Source: Lama guanicoe
Taxonomy: Eukaryota
Assembly (NCBI GenBank): GCA_013239625.1
Contig: MU053588.1
Location: forward strand, 1,513,988-1,577,987
Direction of reading: 5' to 3'
DNA: 64,000 nucleotides
The notes beneath the pieces are model-generated. The model was not told the DNA's origin. It saw only the letters and a list, made by a program, of their open reading frames with translations, and did no database searches. Below are positions 23,640 to 34,884 of this stretch, piece by piece (positions within the stretch are counted from its first letter, which is position 1; every line of letters begins with the position of its first letter). Position numbers and translations under genes: made by a program.

Positions 23640-23774
23640 CGGATGTTCGTTGGGGATTCAACATGGCGGCGGCGGTGGCCGCGGTGGCGGCGGCGCAAGA
23701 GAGCTGAGGGCGGCATGAGGGCGCCGAGTTCCGGGCCGAGCAGCTAGGCCTCGAGCAAGTGCTCTGCCGAGCCG
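23640..23774 (+). other. PAK4: PAK4 5'UTR exon 1
   Basis: Resembles the recalled 5' end of human PAK4 mRNA (gatgttcgttggggattcaacatggcggc...gccgagccg); donor GCCG|gtagga. TSS approximate. Confidence 0.8.
23663..23707 (+). other. Upstream ORF in PAK4 exon 1 (MAAAVAAVAAAQES*)
   Basis: ATG in optimal context aacATGG; TGA at 23705-23707. Translation not shown by sequence. Confidence 0.6.
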
Positions 23775-23862
23775 GTAGGATAAGCGGTCTGGCTAGGGGA
23801 TTGGGGTGGGCCGGGCGATGGCTGTGGGAGAGCGTTTATACGAGTAGGGGGCGGGGCCGCTG

Positions 23863-24321
23863 GGGTCGAAGTTCGCTCGTGGAAGAGCCGTGTCCGAGGG
23901 ATCGCGGGTCAACTCTTAGCAGGAGGAAGATGTAGAGGAGGTCAGAGGTCAAACTAACGGAGGGGGCGTGGCGAAGGAGAGCGCAAAATGCGAAATTTGA
24001 AGTGGGGGCGAGTTGGAGGGGGTCGAGGCGAGTGTCCAAAAAGGGAGGTCAAAGTTAATTTGAGGAGAGGGTGCGCCTATGAGGGTCAGAGGTCACAACC
24101 ATGGGGGCGGCGGGTTGGAGCTTTAAGGCAGTGGAGCAAATGAATGAGGTTTAGGTTGGGGGGCATCTTTATAGGATCAAAGGTGGGGCGTGACCAAAGA
24201 GGGCAAAGATCAGAATCTCATGGCCTGACAAATGATGTTCCCAAGGGTCAAAGGTTAAACCCAAGTGGGACATATTGCTGGAGAGGAGGAGTAGGACATT
24301 CAAGAAAAAAGTCAAAGGTGC
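23863..24321 (+). promoter_or_regulatory. Cluster of nuclear-receptor DR1 elements
   Basis: Includes perfect AGGTCA-G-AGGTCA (23939-23951) and GGGTCA-G-AGGTCA (24083-24095), plus about 7 degenerate copies in the same orientation. Confidence 0.7.
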
Positions 24322-25780
24322 TTCCTGGGGGTAGGAGGGAAGCTCCCCTCCCACAGATAATGAAGATAACAGCAAACGCTCATAAAGCACTTACTCTGTG
24401 TCAGGCCCTGTTTAGGACAGGGCTTTACCTACATTTAATCCTGACCACAACCTTATTGGCTTGGTGCCATTATTAAGAGGCTAAGTGATTTGCCTGGGGC
24501 CACCTAATGAGTATGTTGTGCAGGATTTGAACTCTGGTGTCCTGGGCCCAGAGTTCCAGGCCCTGTGGCCTCTCATATACTCGTAATGTTGGTCAATCCT
24601 TAATGACAGCCAACACTATGCTCAGCGCCCTGTGCACCTGGTCTTACTATATCACAGTCTTGTGAAGTGGGTACTGAATAGACCCACTTTACAGACCGAA
24701 AACGTGAGGCTCAAAGAGCTTCTGCTAAATGACGGAGACAGATTCCAAGCTGGATCTGAATGATTCCAGAGCTCCTGCCTCTTGTTGCCCTGTTGTAGAT
24801 TGCCAAAGGTCTGTTCCTGGAAGCAGGGGGCTGGGCAAGGCTGGGCCACTCCCTGGGCAGGAACAGATTGTATGTTTGGCCTCCATCGAAGGGTGTGATC
24901 TGGGAGGAGAAGTTCCCCTGGGCCTACGGGATGGTCTGTTTGTGGGTGGCCCAGAGTCCAAGGAGTCTGATGGGCTTCTGGCTAGGGTGGGTGTCCTTGG
25001 GGTGGTACCCTGTACAAAGCTGGGTGTTCTCTGTGCTTAAAACCCCAAGCTCTCAGCATGGTCCTCAGTCACTCCCATCTCATTCACTTCCTACCGCTCT
25101 CCCCATCCCTCCCCACTGTCCCACCCCACTGACCTGTTTGCTGTTCTTCAGGTCTGTAGGCTTATGCCTCCCTCCAGGTCTTTGACCTTTTCGTTCCCTC
25201 TGTCTTGGGTCCTTTCCCCACTCTGAGTCCTCACTCACGCGTCACTCATTCACAGCCTGACCAGGACCACTGGAGTACTCCCTGCCCCCAGACGCTCTTT
25301 TATCACACTACTGTTTTCTCCCAGCCCTTAACTCATCCTTACCTTATTTCTCAAGAACAGTTTGTTGTCTTCCTCCCTCACTAGAATGTGGGACCCTTAC
25401 CGGCAGGAATTTGTCCATGTTGTTCTTTCCATGAATCCCTACCTGAAGCACTGGCTGGTCTGCAGAGGATGCTTGGTTGGTGGTGGTCGAATACTGGGCA
25501 CGGTGCTGGGTGTTCAGCAGTGGACAAGATCCACAGGGGCCCTGGCCCCTGGGGGCTCTCAGTTTCCCTTGGTGGGAGTGGACTGGAGCCAGATCTCTGG
25601 CCAGTGATACACAGCTACATCTCTGCCAGCGGTGATGGAGCTTGAGAGGATAAGCTGAGGGAACCAGGAGGGTGCCCGAAGTCTGGGTACCAACCTGGGC
25701 CAGGGACTGTGTCCCTGGGAAAGTCCCCTGGGCAGGCTCTGAAGGATGAGTAGGAGGGATGGGAAAGGGTACACCAGGCA

Positions 25781-25868
25781 GAAAGTGAGGCGTAAGTGGA
25801 GGTCGGGACGGATGCAGAGTTGGGGAAAGTGAGGCGTAAGTGGAGGTCGGGACGGATGCAGAGTTGGG
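25781..25868 (+). repeat. Perfect tandem duplication, 44-bp unit, 2 copies
   Basis: gaaagtgaggcgtaagtggaggtcgggacggatgcagagttggg at 25781 and 25825. Confidence 0.95.
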
Positions 25869-28800
25869 GGCTTGTCAGCAACATGTAGCCTGTGTGAGAC
25901 CCCAAGGGTCCCTGACCTGGGCGGGAGTGGAGGGGGCAGTGGAGCAGGGGCAGATGAGGAGCTACCCTGGGTGAGTGGAGCTCCAAGACAGTCCTGGGGA
26001 GTGGAGAGCAAATGCCAGAGCATGGAAGCCTGGCTCACAGCCAGCTCTGTCGCTCATAGGCTGTATGACCGTGGGCAAGTTGTTTGACTTTTCTGGGCCT
26101 CCATTTTCTCTTCTGCAAAATGGGAATGATAGTGGCTGCCTCATAGAACTGCTGTGAGGATGCAGAGCGTAAAGTGCTTGGCCCATGGCCTGGCACACAG
26201 TAGGCGCTGGGTAAGCACTAGTCTCGCTGCGGGTGCTACTGCTGCTGCTCTCTGAGGAGGGCCTCAGAGATGGTGGCGGGGTCACTCTGCACCTGCCTCC
26301 TGGCTGGCAGCGACAACCAACCCTCCCCCACCAGCTCTGGCAGGGTCATTGGGTGGGCAGGCGGCCAGGGAGCCCTGTGAGGCCAGCCAGCCTCGGGCCC
26401 TGGCAGTGCCAGTTCACTGAGCATCTCGGGGCTTGCACAGATAAGGGGGACTGATAGGGCTTTGGCACCAGACACCCACATTCAGGTTACTGCCCCATCA
26501 CTTACCACCCGTGGGACCTTGGGCAAGCGATTTCTTATTTGCCCATTTTGTTCCTTGCGATACATTGTAGACTAGTGAGAAAAGTAGAGTTTTCAATATA
26601 GCAAAACACCCATGCCTCCAGCATCCAGCCTGGGCCGGAGCACGTAGTGGGTACAGTCAGAGGCCCCACTTCTCTTCCCGCCCGACTGCCCTGCCGATAC
26701 TGGCCACCCGGCTGGATTTGGTGGCCAGCCTCCCTCTGCAGGTTTCCCTTCTGTTACCACCCTCGGGTGGATTCACAAACAAGAGAGCAATAGTTCTCAA
26801 CCCGGCCACATATAGCGGCCACCGGGAGATTTCAAAACCACTGCTGCCCAGGCCCACCCTGGAGATTGCGGCTCGGACTCCCTCGGTCCAGGGTGGGGCC
26901 AGCACCGCACAGGGTTCCAGTGGCCCCCACGGTTGCCCACCATTTTACAGTCTTATGGATCGTCTGAATGGTACCACAGTAAACTACTGGCTTTTTCTGC
27001 TCAGTGTTAGTTTGGCCATGTCTCTGTGTGGACACGTGCAGGTCTAGGGCCAGTTATTCATTTTCCTTTCTTGCATTTCGTCTGATTGTGCCACACAGGA
27101 GTTACCTGTTCACCTTTTGGTGGCCATTTAGATGGTTCCCATTGGGACTGTAACAAACAGTGCTGCAGTGAGCGTTCTAGAATGTGTTTCCTTGGCCAGA
27201 GTCTCTCTTGGGCATATTGGCTCACAGTGGTAATGCTGGACCTTCCAGATTGTTCCCCAGGGCATTTGTGTCAACATGCTTCCCAACAGTGCTTGAGGGT
27301 TCCCTCAGCCTCACGTCCTGCTTTGGGCAGGCTTGTAGCCTTTGCTGAAACCACGTCCTCAGCCATGAGATGGTAGGTTTGACTGCCCCCCACCACACCG
27401 GCTGGTTGGGAACCATCGGGGAGATGGTTCATGTAATGGGCTTCGCTGGGGCCTGACACCTGCTGAGCCCCATGCCCAGAGGAGGAGGCAGGCTTTGACC
27501 TTTGCCCTCTAGGGCATTCTGGACAGTGGTCGCAACTTTGACCCAACTCTCCTTGGGGGTCATCTCCCACGGCTGGCATTTGGGAAGGGAAATGGTACTG
27601 ACTTGAACCACCTCAGGAAGAAGGCAAAGAGGAAGAAGGTGCAGCTCGGAAAGGGATGGGCAAAGCTTTCCTGCATTCGTGTGTGTCTGACCATCGTTCC
27701 CAGTGGTGACCAGCACAGTCTTAGCCCTGCCTCTTGGGCTACAGAACCATGCAAGGAGACGGTCTTGTCCCCAGACAGTGACAGCCCAGAGTGGTCAAGG
27801 CCAGGATGGGGGAGGCACAGGGGCTGTAGGAATCCGGAGGAGGCACCTGACCCAGCCTGGGGAGTCAGCAAAGGCTTTCTGGTGAAGGAGATATCTGATT
27901 GATGAAAGTGGGCCAGGCCTGGGAAGGAGGTGGGAAGAATAGAACAGGTAGTGGGTATGGAAAGTGCAAAGGCCCCGAGGTCCAAATAAGCTTGGGGTTT
28001 TCAGGTCCCATCAAGGAGGCCAGGGTGGCAGAGTTGGCAGTGAGATCCAGGAGGAGGGGATACCGCAGGGGTTGACAGGCTGAGGTAAGGAGCATGGATT
28101 TCGTCATGTGTGTAGTGGGAGTGATTGGAGGGCTTTGAGCACATCTGCTTTCCCTTTTATAAAGATTGCTCAGGCTGCCAGGCGGGGAACAGCTCAAGGC
28201 AGGGGGAAGGGGGACGTGGTGGCAGGGAGACCAGTGGGGAGGCTGCTGTAACAGTCCGAGCAGAAGAGGGTGGACAGCTTGAGGGTGGCCGTGTTGGAGG
28301 AGAGCCCTATGTGCTGGCCAGGGTTGTGAGTACTTTACCTTGTTTGATCTTCATGACAACCTATGAGGTAGATACCATTATCACCCCCATTTTAGAGATG
28401 AGAAAACTGAGACCCAGAGAGGTACATGATGCAGCAGGCAAGTGGCAGAGGTGGACTTGAACTCCAGGCCTTTGGGCTGCAGAGTCACTGATTGTCGCAG
28501 TTGCCCGCAGTGATTTGGAAGTGGTTTTGATAAGACAGGGCCACTTCCTGTTCTTACCCAGGCTTCTCTTTGGTTCAGCCTGGCTAGTTTCTGGGCACTG
28601 GGTCCCTACCTCCCTCAGGGCCTCCCACAGCCCCTTCCCTTTCTTGTCCACTGCTCACCCCTCCTTGTCCTGCTGGCTCACAGTGAGCGAGACTTCCTGG
28701 CCAGACGCCGGTCAGGGTGTCCCCAGCAGCTGTTTCTCCCATCACCCAAGCTGAGCGGCCACGAATGCCGCCAGCAGGAAGCAGTCTCCTTCCAAGTCAC

Positions 28801-31800
28801 CGCCAAGGAAATGGGACCCTTCCCGCCCCAGCCTCCCTCCTGGGCTGGGGCTTATTGTCTGACAGCTGCCTTGGCCAACAGGAAGGTTGGGGGGTGGCCA
28901 AGGAGGGTCAGAAGGGGAGCTTTCCCAGGTCCCAGGGGAGCCAGCTCTGGCAGATGCAACAGAAGCCACCACTCACTGCAGCCTGTCTGGTGGGGCCCTC
29001 TGGCCCTGCCGTGACCTCCCCCAGGGTGCCAGGTGATGTACAGCCATCCTCGGGGTAACGACAGCTTCCCTGCTGGGGATGCCAGTCCACACACGCCCCT
29101 CAGCCGGAACCCCTAGCTGGGTGCCCCTCAGGAAGATCTAGAATTTCCCCAGGCCTTGCCTTCCTCGCCTATCAGATGGGCTTTTGGGAGGCTCGAAGGA
29201 CACAGGAGATCGTGCTGTCAGGTGCTCAGCACGCTGCCTGGCACAGTCAGCCCACAGTACATATCCTGTCTGGTCTGCAGCCTCCTGTTCGTCTGCTGCC
29301 AGCCCCCACCTCCACCCCATGCTCCCCACACCAGTCCCAGCACCCCAGTGCACAGCCAGATGTGTGCTTGGTGAGCACCCCGCAGGGGCTCGGCCCAGGG
29401 ACCCTGAGGGAGAGGTGTTATTAACCTCATTTTTCTTTTCCTGCATTTTAATTTGGAGAAGGCCCATTTTTGCACCGTCTGCGTGTATTCACTCTTTGCA
29501 GTGAGAAACTACGCAGCACAGAAGGCTGCACAGCGAAAAGGTCTCTCCCAGCCCAGCCGGCGGTCCCTGCCCAACGACAGCATTGTTCCTGGTTTCTTTC
29601 CCTTCTTGTGATATGTTGCTACACATGTTCTCCCCTCTTCTGTTTTTGCTCAAGTGGAGCCGATTTCCCATGTTTGTTTTCTGTCCTGCCCCTTGCATTT
29701 TCCACTCTTAAGCTCTCTATCAGGATGTGGAGGGCTTTCTGTGGCTGTGTCGTGCCGTGTCCCTGCACACACAGGGGACACCTCTAGGGGTGGCTCAGAG
29801 GTCTGAGATGTGCACCCCGGGAGCCCTGCGGTAGTGTCTCAGCCTGCCCAAGAGCACAGGCCTGTTTGCACCCTCACCCCAGTGTCTGGTAGCACCAGGG
29901 TCTCCTCATATGCTCGCTGTGTGGACGGGTGTTACCTAATGCTTGGACCTCTGCCAATCACAGGTGCCCAGTGGACCTCATTGTGCTTCTGATTTTAGTA
30001 TGAGTAAATGGGAGCATCTTTGTGTTTCTTGAAAGCCACCCTGGCTTCCTTTTTTGGGAGCTATCTCTTCATGGTATTTTTACTTTGCCCTCAGAAGAGG
30101 AAACTGAGGCATGGGTTGGAAACCCCACAGTAAGTGAGTGGCAGATCTGGGACTCTAACTCCAATCTGGAGCTTGTAACCTGTCTGACGTAGTAAATGTG
30201 GAGGGCACAGGCTCTGGAGCCCGCTTTGCCACTCTTAGCTGTGTGACCCCAGACAAATCACTTCATCTCTCTGTGCCTAGTTCTCATCTGTAAAATGGGG
30301 TGATGGTGATACCTCCTCATAGGATTGTTTTGAGGATATAAATGCATGCTCATCAGGCAGAATGCACAGTAAGTGTTCAAAGATGGTTAGTGGCTAGTGT
30401 TAGTGCTCATAGCATGACGCTGTATCCTTAGTGTTTGCAGGCACTGTTCTGTGTGTCTTGAGTGAACCAACTTCCTGCATCCTCCCAGCAACCCCGAGAC
30501 ATAGATGTTCTGGTTATCTCCCTTTTAAGAGGAGAAAATTGAGAACCTGGGAGGCTCGCCTGGGGTCACAGAGCCAGCATGGCTGGGATTTTGCTGCTAA
30601 CCACCGAGGTGTGCTCCCTCTGCCGCCCCTCACCTGAGCCGGGGATTAGCAGGCTCTCCCTGCCAGCCCCCCGTCAGTCTGTGTCTTCATTCCAGGCTGC
30701 CCCAGAGCTGTAGAGGGTACACCTTGGCAGGTGAGGGCACTGGGCGGGGGCCCCACATAGAGAGTCTCCCTCCTCGGCCTCCCTGCTCCCACCCCTGGCG
30801 CCCCAGCCCAGCCCTGAAAACTCCTGAGAAAGCAGCATTGTGTGGCAGTTTCGGCTTGCTTCCCCCTTGGGTTTCAGCCACTCCCACACGACGGGAAGCG
30901 GCCCTGGCCTCCTCCGTCCTCCTCCCTGCTCCACGCTCAGGGCTGGGAATGGAGAGGAATTAGGACATTGAGGGAGGGAGGGAGGGAGGGCCGGGCTGCT
31001 GTCATCCCCCAGGTGAGGACACCCCCCACCACAGCCCTGCCCTCTCTCTCTCTCCCTCTTTCTTGCTCCTTCTCCCTAGGGACCCTTCCTCTGCTGCCTA
31101 CACCCTCCTCCACAGCCCTTCCTCCAAGTCTGCCCTTCCTCCAAATCTTCTGCAGCAGCCTGGCCCCAGATTATTTGATTCTGAAAGGCTCTGTGTGTGT
31201 GTGTATTTATGTACATTTATAACTCCACTTTTTTTAAACCTTTAATAATTGTGAAACATGACTTGCCTACAGAAAAGTGCCTCAGTGAACATGTCAGTTG
31301 AACAGATGAACAGCACTTCAGCACACCCAAGAGAAGACTGAGAATACAGCACCCCATGACCCCCCCATCACCCTCTTGACCACCACCCTAGGAGCAGCCA
31401 CTTCCCTGACCTTGGGAGTCACCAGGTCCCTGCTTTTCTGGAGCTTTTATCGGATGTGCACCCTGAGTCAGAGCCTACCGCCTTTCCTGCTTTGGGACTT
31501 CACATAAACACATTTGCGTCTGCCCTCGTCATCCTAGCCCGTGAGGCCCATCCCTGGGGTTGCAGTGTGGGGGGTTCATTCACCCTCATTGCTGTGCCGA
31601 GTTCTATGGTGTAAACACACCGTAACTTACTTCTCCTCTCCTGCTGTGCAGGTGTGAACGTGCTCTTTGAATGGGTCTGCCGGGGTGTGGTGCACACACT
31701 TCTCCAGGGCAGGGTCCTCAGGTTAGAGAGTGGGGTCTCATCACCTTTAGTAGGTGCTACCGCACAGCCATCCAGAGTGGTACCTGCACATGCGCACAGC

Positions 31801-34704
31801 AGCCGCTCCGCATCCTCACCGACACTGACACCGGGTCTGTGGGACTTTGTAATTGATCTTGGAACATTTTAGTCTCTTCTCCTGCAAGAGTAGTATGTGC
31901 CTCTTATCACTGAGACGAGCCTCTTGACATTTTCTCCTCCCTTCCCAGGTTCCTGGCCATGCTGGCTCTTACCCATCCTGCCTATAGGAATCAAGTGCTT
32001 GTTCGTTGATAAGCCCAGTGCTGGGGCCCCAGGACCCACAGAAAGCCTGCTGCTCTGCCTTCAGATTAGAACCTGGTGCCTCCCACCCCACTTTGTTTTC
32101 ACCCTCTAGTTCCAGCCACCCTCAACTCCTGCCTGGACTGTCGTCAGGGCAGCCTCCTGGTCTGGATTTGACTAGCCAGCCACTTGGGCCTCTCCGTGTC
32201 CCAGTTTCCTCTCTAGGATCGAGGCTACTCTGGGTGTCCTAGGGCATCTCTGAAGTTCTGCTTCTGTCATACTTACCCCAGCGCCTAGAATATAAATATG
32301 AATGTGGTCCCTGTATTTTTTTTTCCAACAAATACTCTGGAGTGCCTGGCCCTTTGTGGCCTCCAGAGACACAGTGGTGAATAAACAGATCCAGTGGCTA
32401 CCCAGTTGGAGCCTGTCTCTTGGACTCTGAGCCTTCTGAGCACACCCCCCCCTCCCCTCCGGAAGACAGGAAGGAGAAGGTCCGAAATGACCTTAGGCCT
32501 GGGGATTCCTTTATTCTTGAGGCTGATTAGTAGGGAGACCTAACTGAGGGTTTTCCTGTGCAGGGCTCCCTTGCTGCTTCTGCCCAGTCCTTCCTGGAGG
32601 AATTCCACCCATTTCACAGATGAGGAGGGTGAGGGTGGCGCCAGTGGTGAGTGCTCGGCCCATCCTGCCCGTGGTGCTGAGCAGATGTGGTGCTGGAGCG
32701 GTTTTCCACATCTTCCTCGAACATCAGGAGTGCCCCTCCTGTGAAGGGCGGATTCAGTCCTTTGCCTGTTTGTCCTCTGGGCTGCCTGCAGTTTTATTTT
32801 GAATTTCTGTGAGTTAAATCCTAGTTTCTGGATGAGAACCTTGTGTTTCTAAGATGGTACTCCTACCTCCTTTCAGGCTGTGGCTTGTCTTTGCACTTCT
32901 TTTTTATGTCTTTTGATAAACAGAAGCACCTAGTTTTACCAGAGTCAAATTTATCACTCATTCCCTTTATAGTTTTATTGTTCCACTTTTCACGTTTAGT
33001 CTTTTTTTGTTCTGGAATTGTTTTGCGTGCGTGTGTATGTGTGTGGTGTGAGGCAGGCACCCAGTTTCGTATTTTCCGCCTGGATCCCCAGTCATCCAGG
33101 TACTGTTTATTACAAACAGACCTACTTTTCTCCACTGCATAACTGGGTCTGTTCTAGGTACTCTCTTCCTTTCTCATGCTGTTTGCCTGCTCCTGCATCA
33201 GTACCCCACTTCCTGACTTCTGTAGTTGACAGTAAGTCTTGATGACGGGGAGAGCAAACCCTCCCACAAGTCCTTCCAGAGTATCTCGACCATTTGGCTT
33301 TTTGTAATTCCATTTAGATATGAGATAAGCATCTTGCCACACACACAGTTGTGACCGAGTCTCCCAGTCCGTGCACGTAGTTTGTCTCTCCATTTATTTA
33401 TGTCTTCTCTGATGTCTCTCAGCAAAGTCATACTTTCCCAGCCAGACCTTGCCCACCTCATTGGCTTTATTCCTGACGTGGCAGCGGGAGCCTGTGGCCT
33501 CCTCCCACAAGGCGCCTTGCTCCCTGGGCTTGGCCTGGCTGGGTGAGGCTCTCACCACCGAGACAGGAGCCCACCTCTCCCCCCATCCCCTGCTTCCTCC
33601 CTGGCACCGCCCCTGGGCCCTGGCAGAGGGCAGGCAGGCTGCCCAGAGAGGAGGTTGTAATTTTCCTGAATGATTTCAAGGGCTAATTAAAGGTTTTCCT
33701 TGACTAATCAGCTTACGGTTTAATTATCAGGGAGCAGGCTCAGGGATGCGGGAAGCCGCTCTGCTGGAGTCTCCTCACAGTGTGGCAGGAAGGAGCCAGG
33801 GCCCAGCCCTAACCCCACGGTGGGGGCAAAATCTAGGGATACCCTGGCACCCCCAGGAGGCCAGCTGTGGTTCTCCATCCCTGGGAGGGAATGGAGGTGG
33901 AGGGCAGCGGGTGCTGTTGAGGTCAGAGTGGGCGCCTTTCCTGCTTAAAATCCTTCCATGGCTCCCACTGCCCTGGGAGGGGCCTGGACCCAGTCCCGCG
34001 TCTGGTCGGCAAGGCCTTGCCCCTCCGCTTGCTTGCTGCACCTCAGCCATGCAGGCCTTTGGTGTTCTCAGTTCATTTATTCTTTGGGTCTTGGCCTAAA
34101 GGTCACCACCTCTGGGAAGCCTTCTCAGGCCACTCTTGCCTGCCAGAGCAGGTGATAAACTGCCAGCCACATGCTGGCTGTCACTGTCACTCACTCCACC
34201 AGCAGTAAGTTCTGGGGGTGGTGAGGGGGATGTCTTGACTGCACCCTGTGGTCCAGCATTTAAATTGCCCAGCATTTAAGTTGCTGGGGACCCAAGAGGA
34301 GAAGGGATTCAGGACAGGTGCTCCGAGGAGAGGGCTGGGAGTGGGTGTTCAGGCCAGGAGGACTGAGTGATCTCTGAGGGCTTCCTGAGGGAGGCGTTTG
34401 GACACCTGGCCGGTGACCTGACCGAGGATGGGCTTTTGGGAGTTTGCGAAGGGGGAGGGAACCCGGAGATGGCCGTGCCAGGCCTGGGTTCATTCCTTGC
34501 ATTCCTCAGCAGGCCCCAGACTCCCGTTGGCCCAAGGTGGGGGAGGGTGGGCAGTCAGAGAGGGGGCCTCCTGGACGATAACCCTGCCCCTCCCCCTTCC
34601 TTTTCCCTTTCAGTTCCATCCCACCATCCATGTGTCTCACTTTACAGCTCCCTCTCAGGGGCTCAGGCCTGGGCCTATGTCCAGGTACCTACCCCCGCAA
34701 CCCA

Positions 34705-34884
34705 TGCTCACCACTGGCTGCACGTTAGGGTTACCTGGTGCAGGCATCAGTGCCAGGGCCCAGGGCCAGACCATTTGAATCCATATCTCTGGCTGTGGGG
34801 CCTGAGCTTTGGGTTTTGTTTGTTTTTTTTTAAAGCTCCCTGGGTGACTCTAGTGTGATTCTGAGTCAGGATGAGAACCACTGG
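34705..34884. mobile_element. MER5-family hAT element
   Basis: 'ggctgcacgttagggttacctgg...tttaaagctccctgggtgactctagtgtg...gagaaccactg'. Confidence 0.7.

Larger units (their letters stand above)
23400..24120 (+). promoter_or_regulatory. PAK4: PAK4 CpG-island promoter
   Basis: CpG-dense; CCAAT boxes (ATTGG 23504-23508, CCAAT 23519-23523); GC box ctccgcccc ~23557-23565; YY1-like AACATGGCGGC ~23660-23670; no TATA box. Confidence 0.88.

Noticed and set aside
25781..25868. CRISPR-like repeats (also 857-960)
   Set aside because: Only two abutting copies, no spacers, no cas genes, and eukaryotic context.
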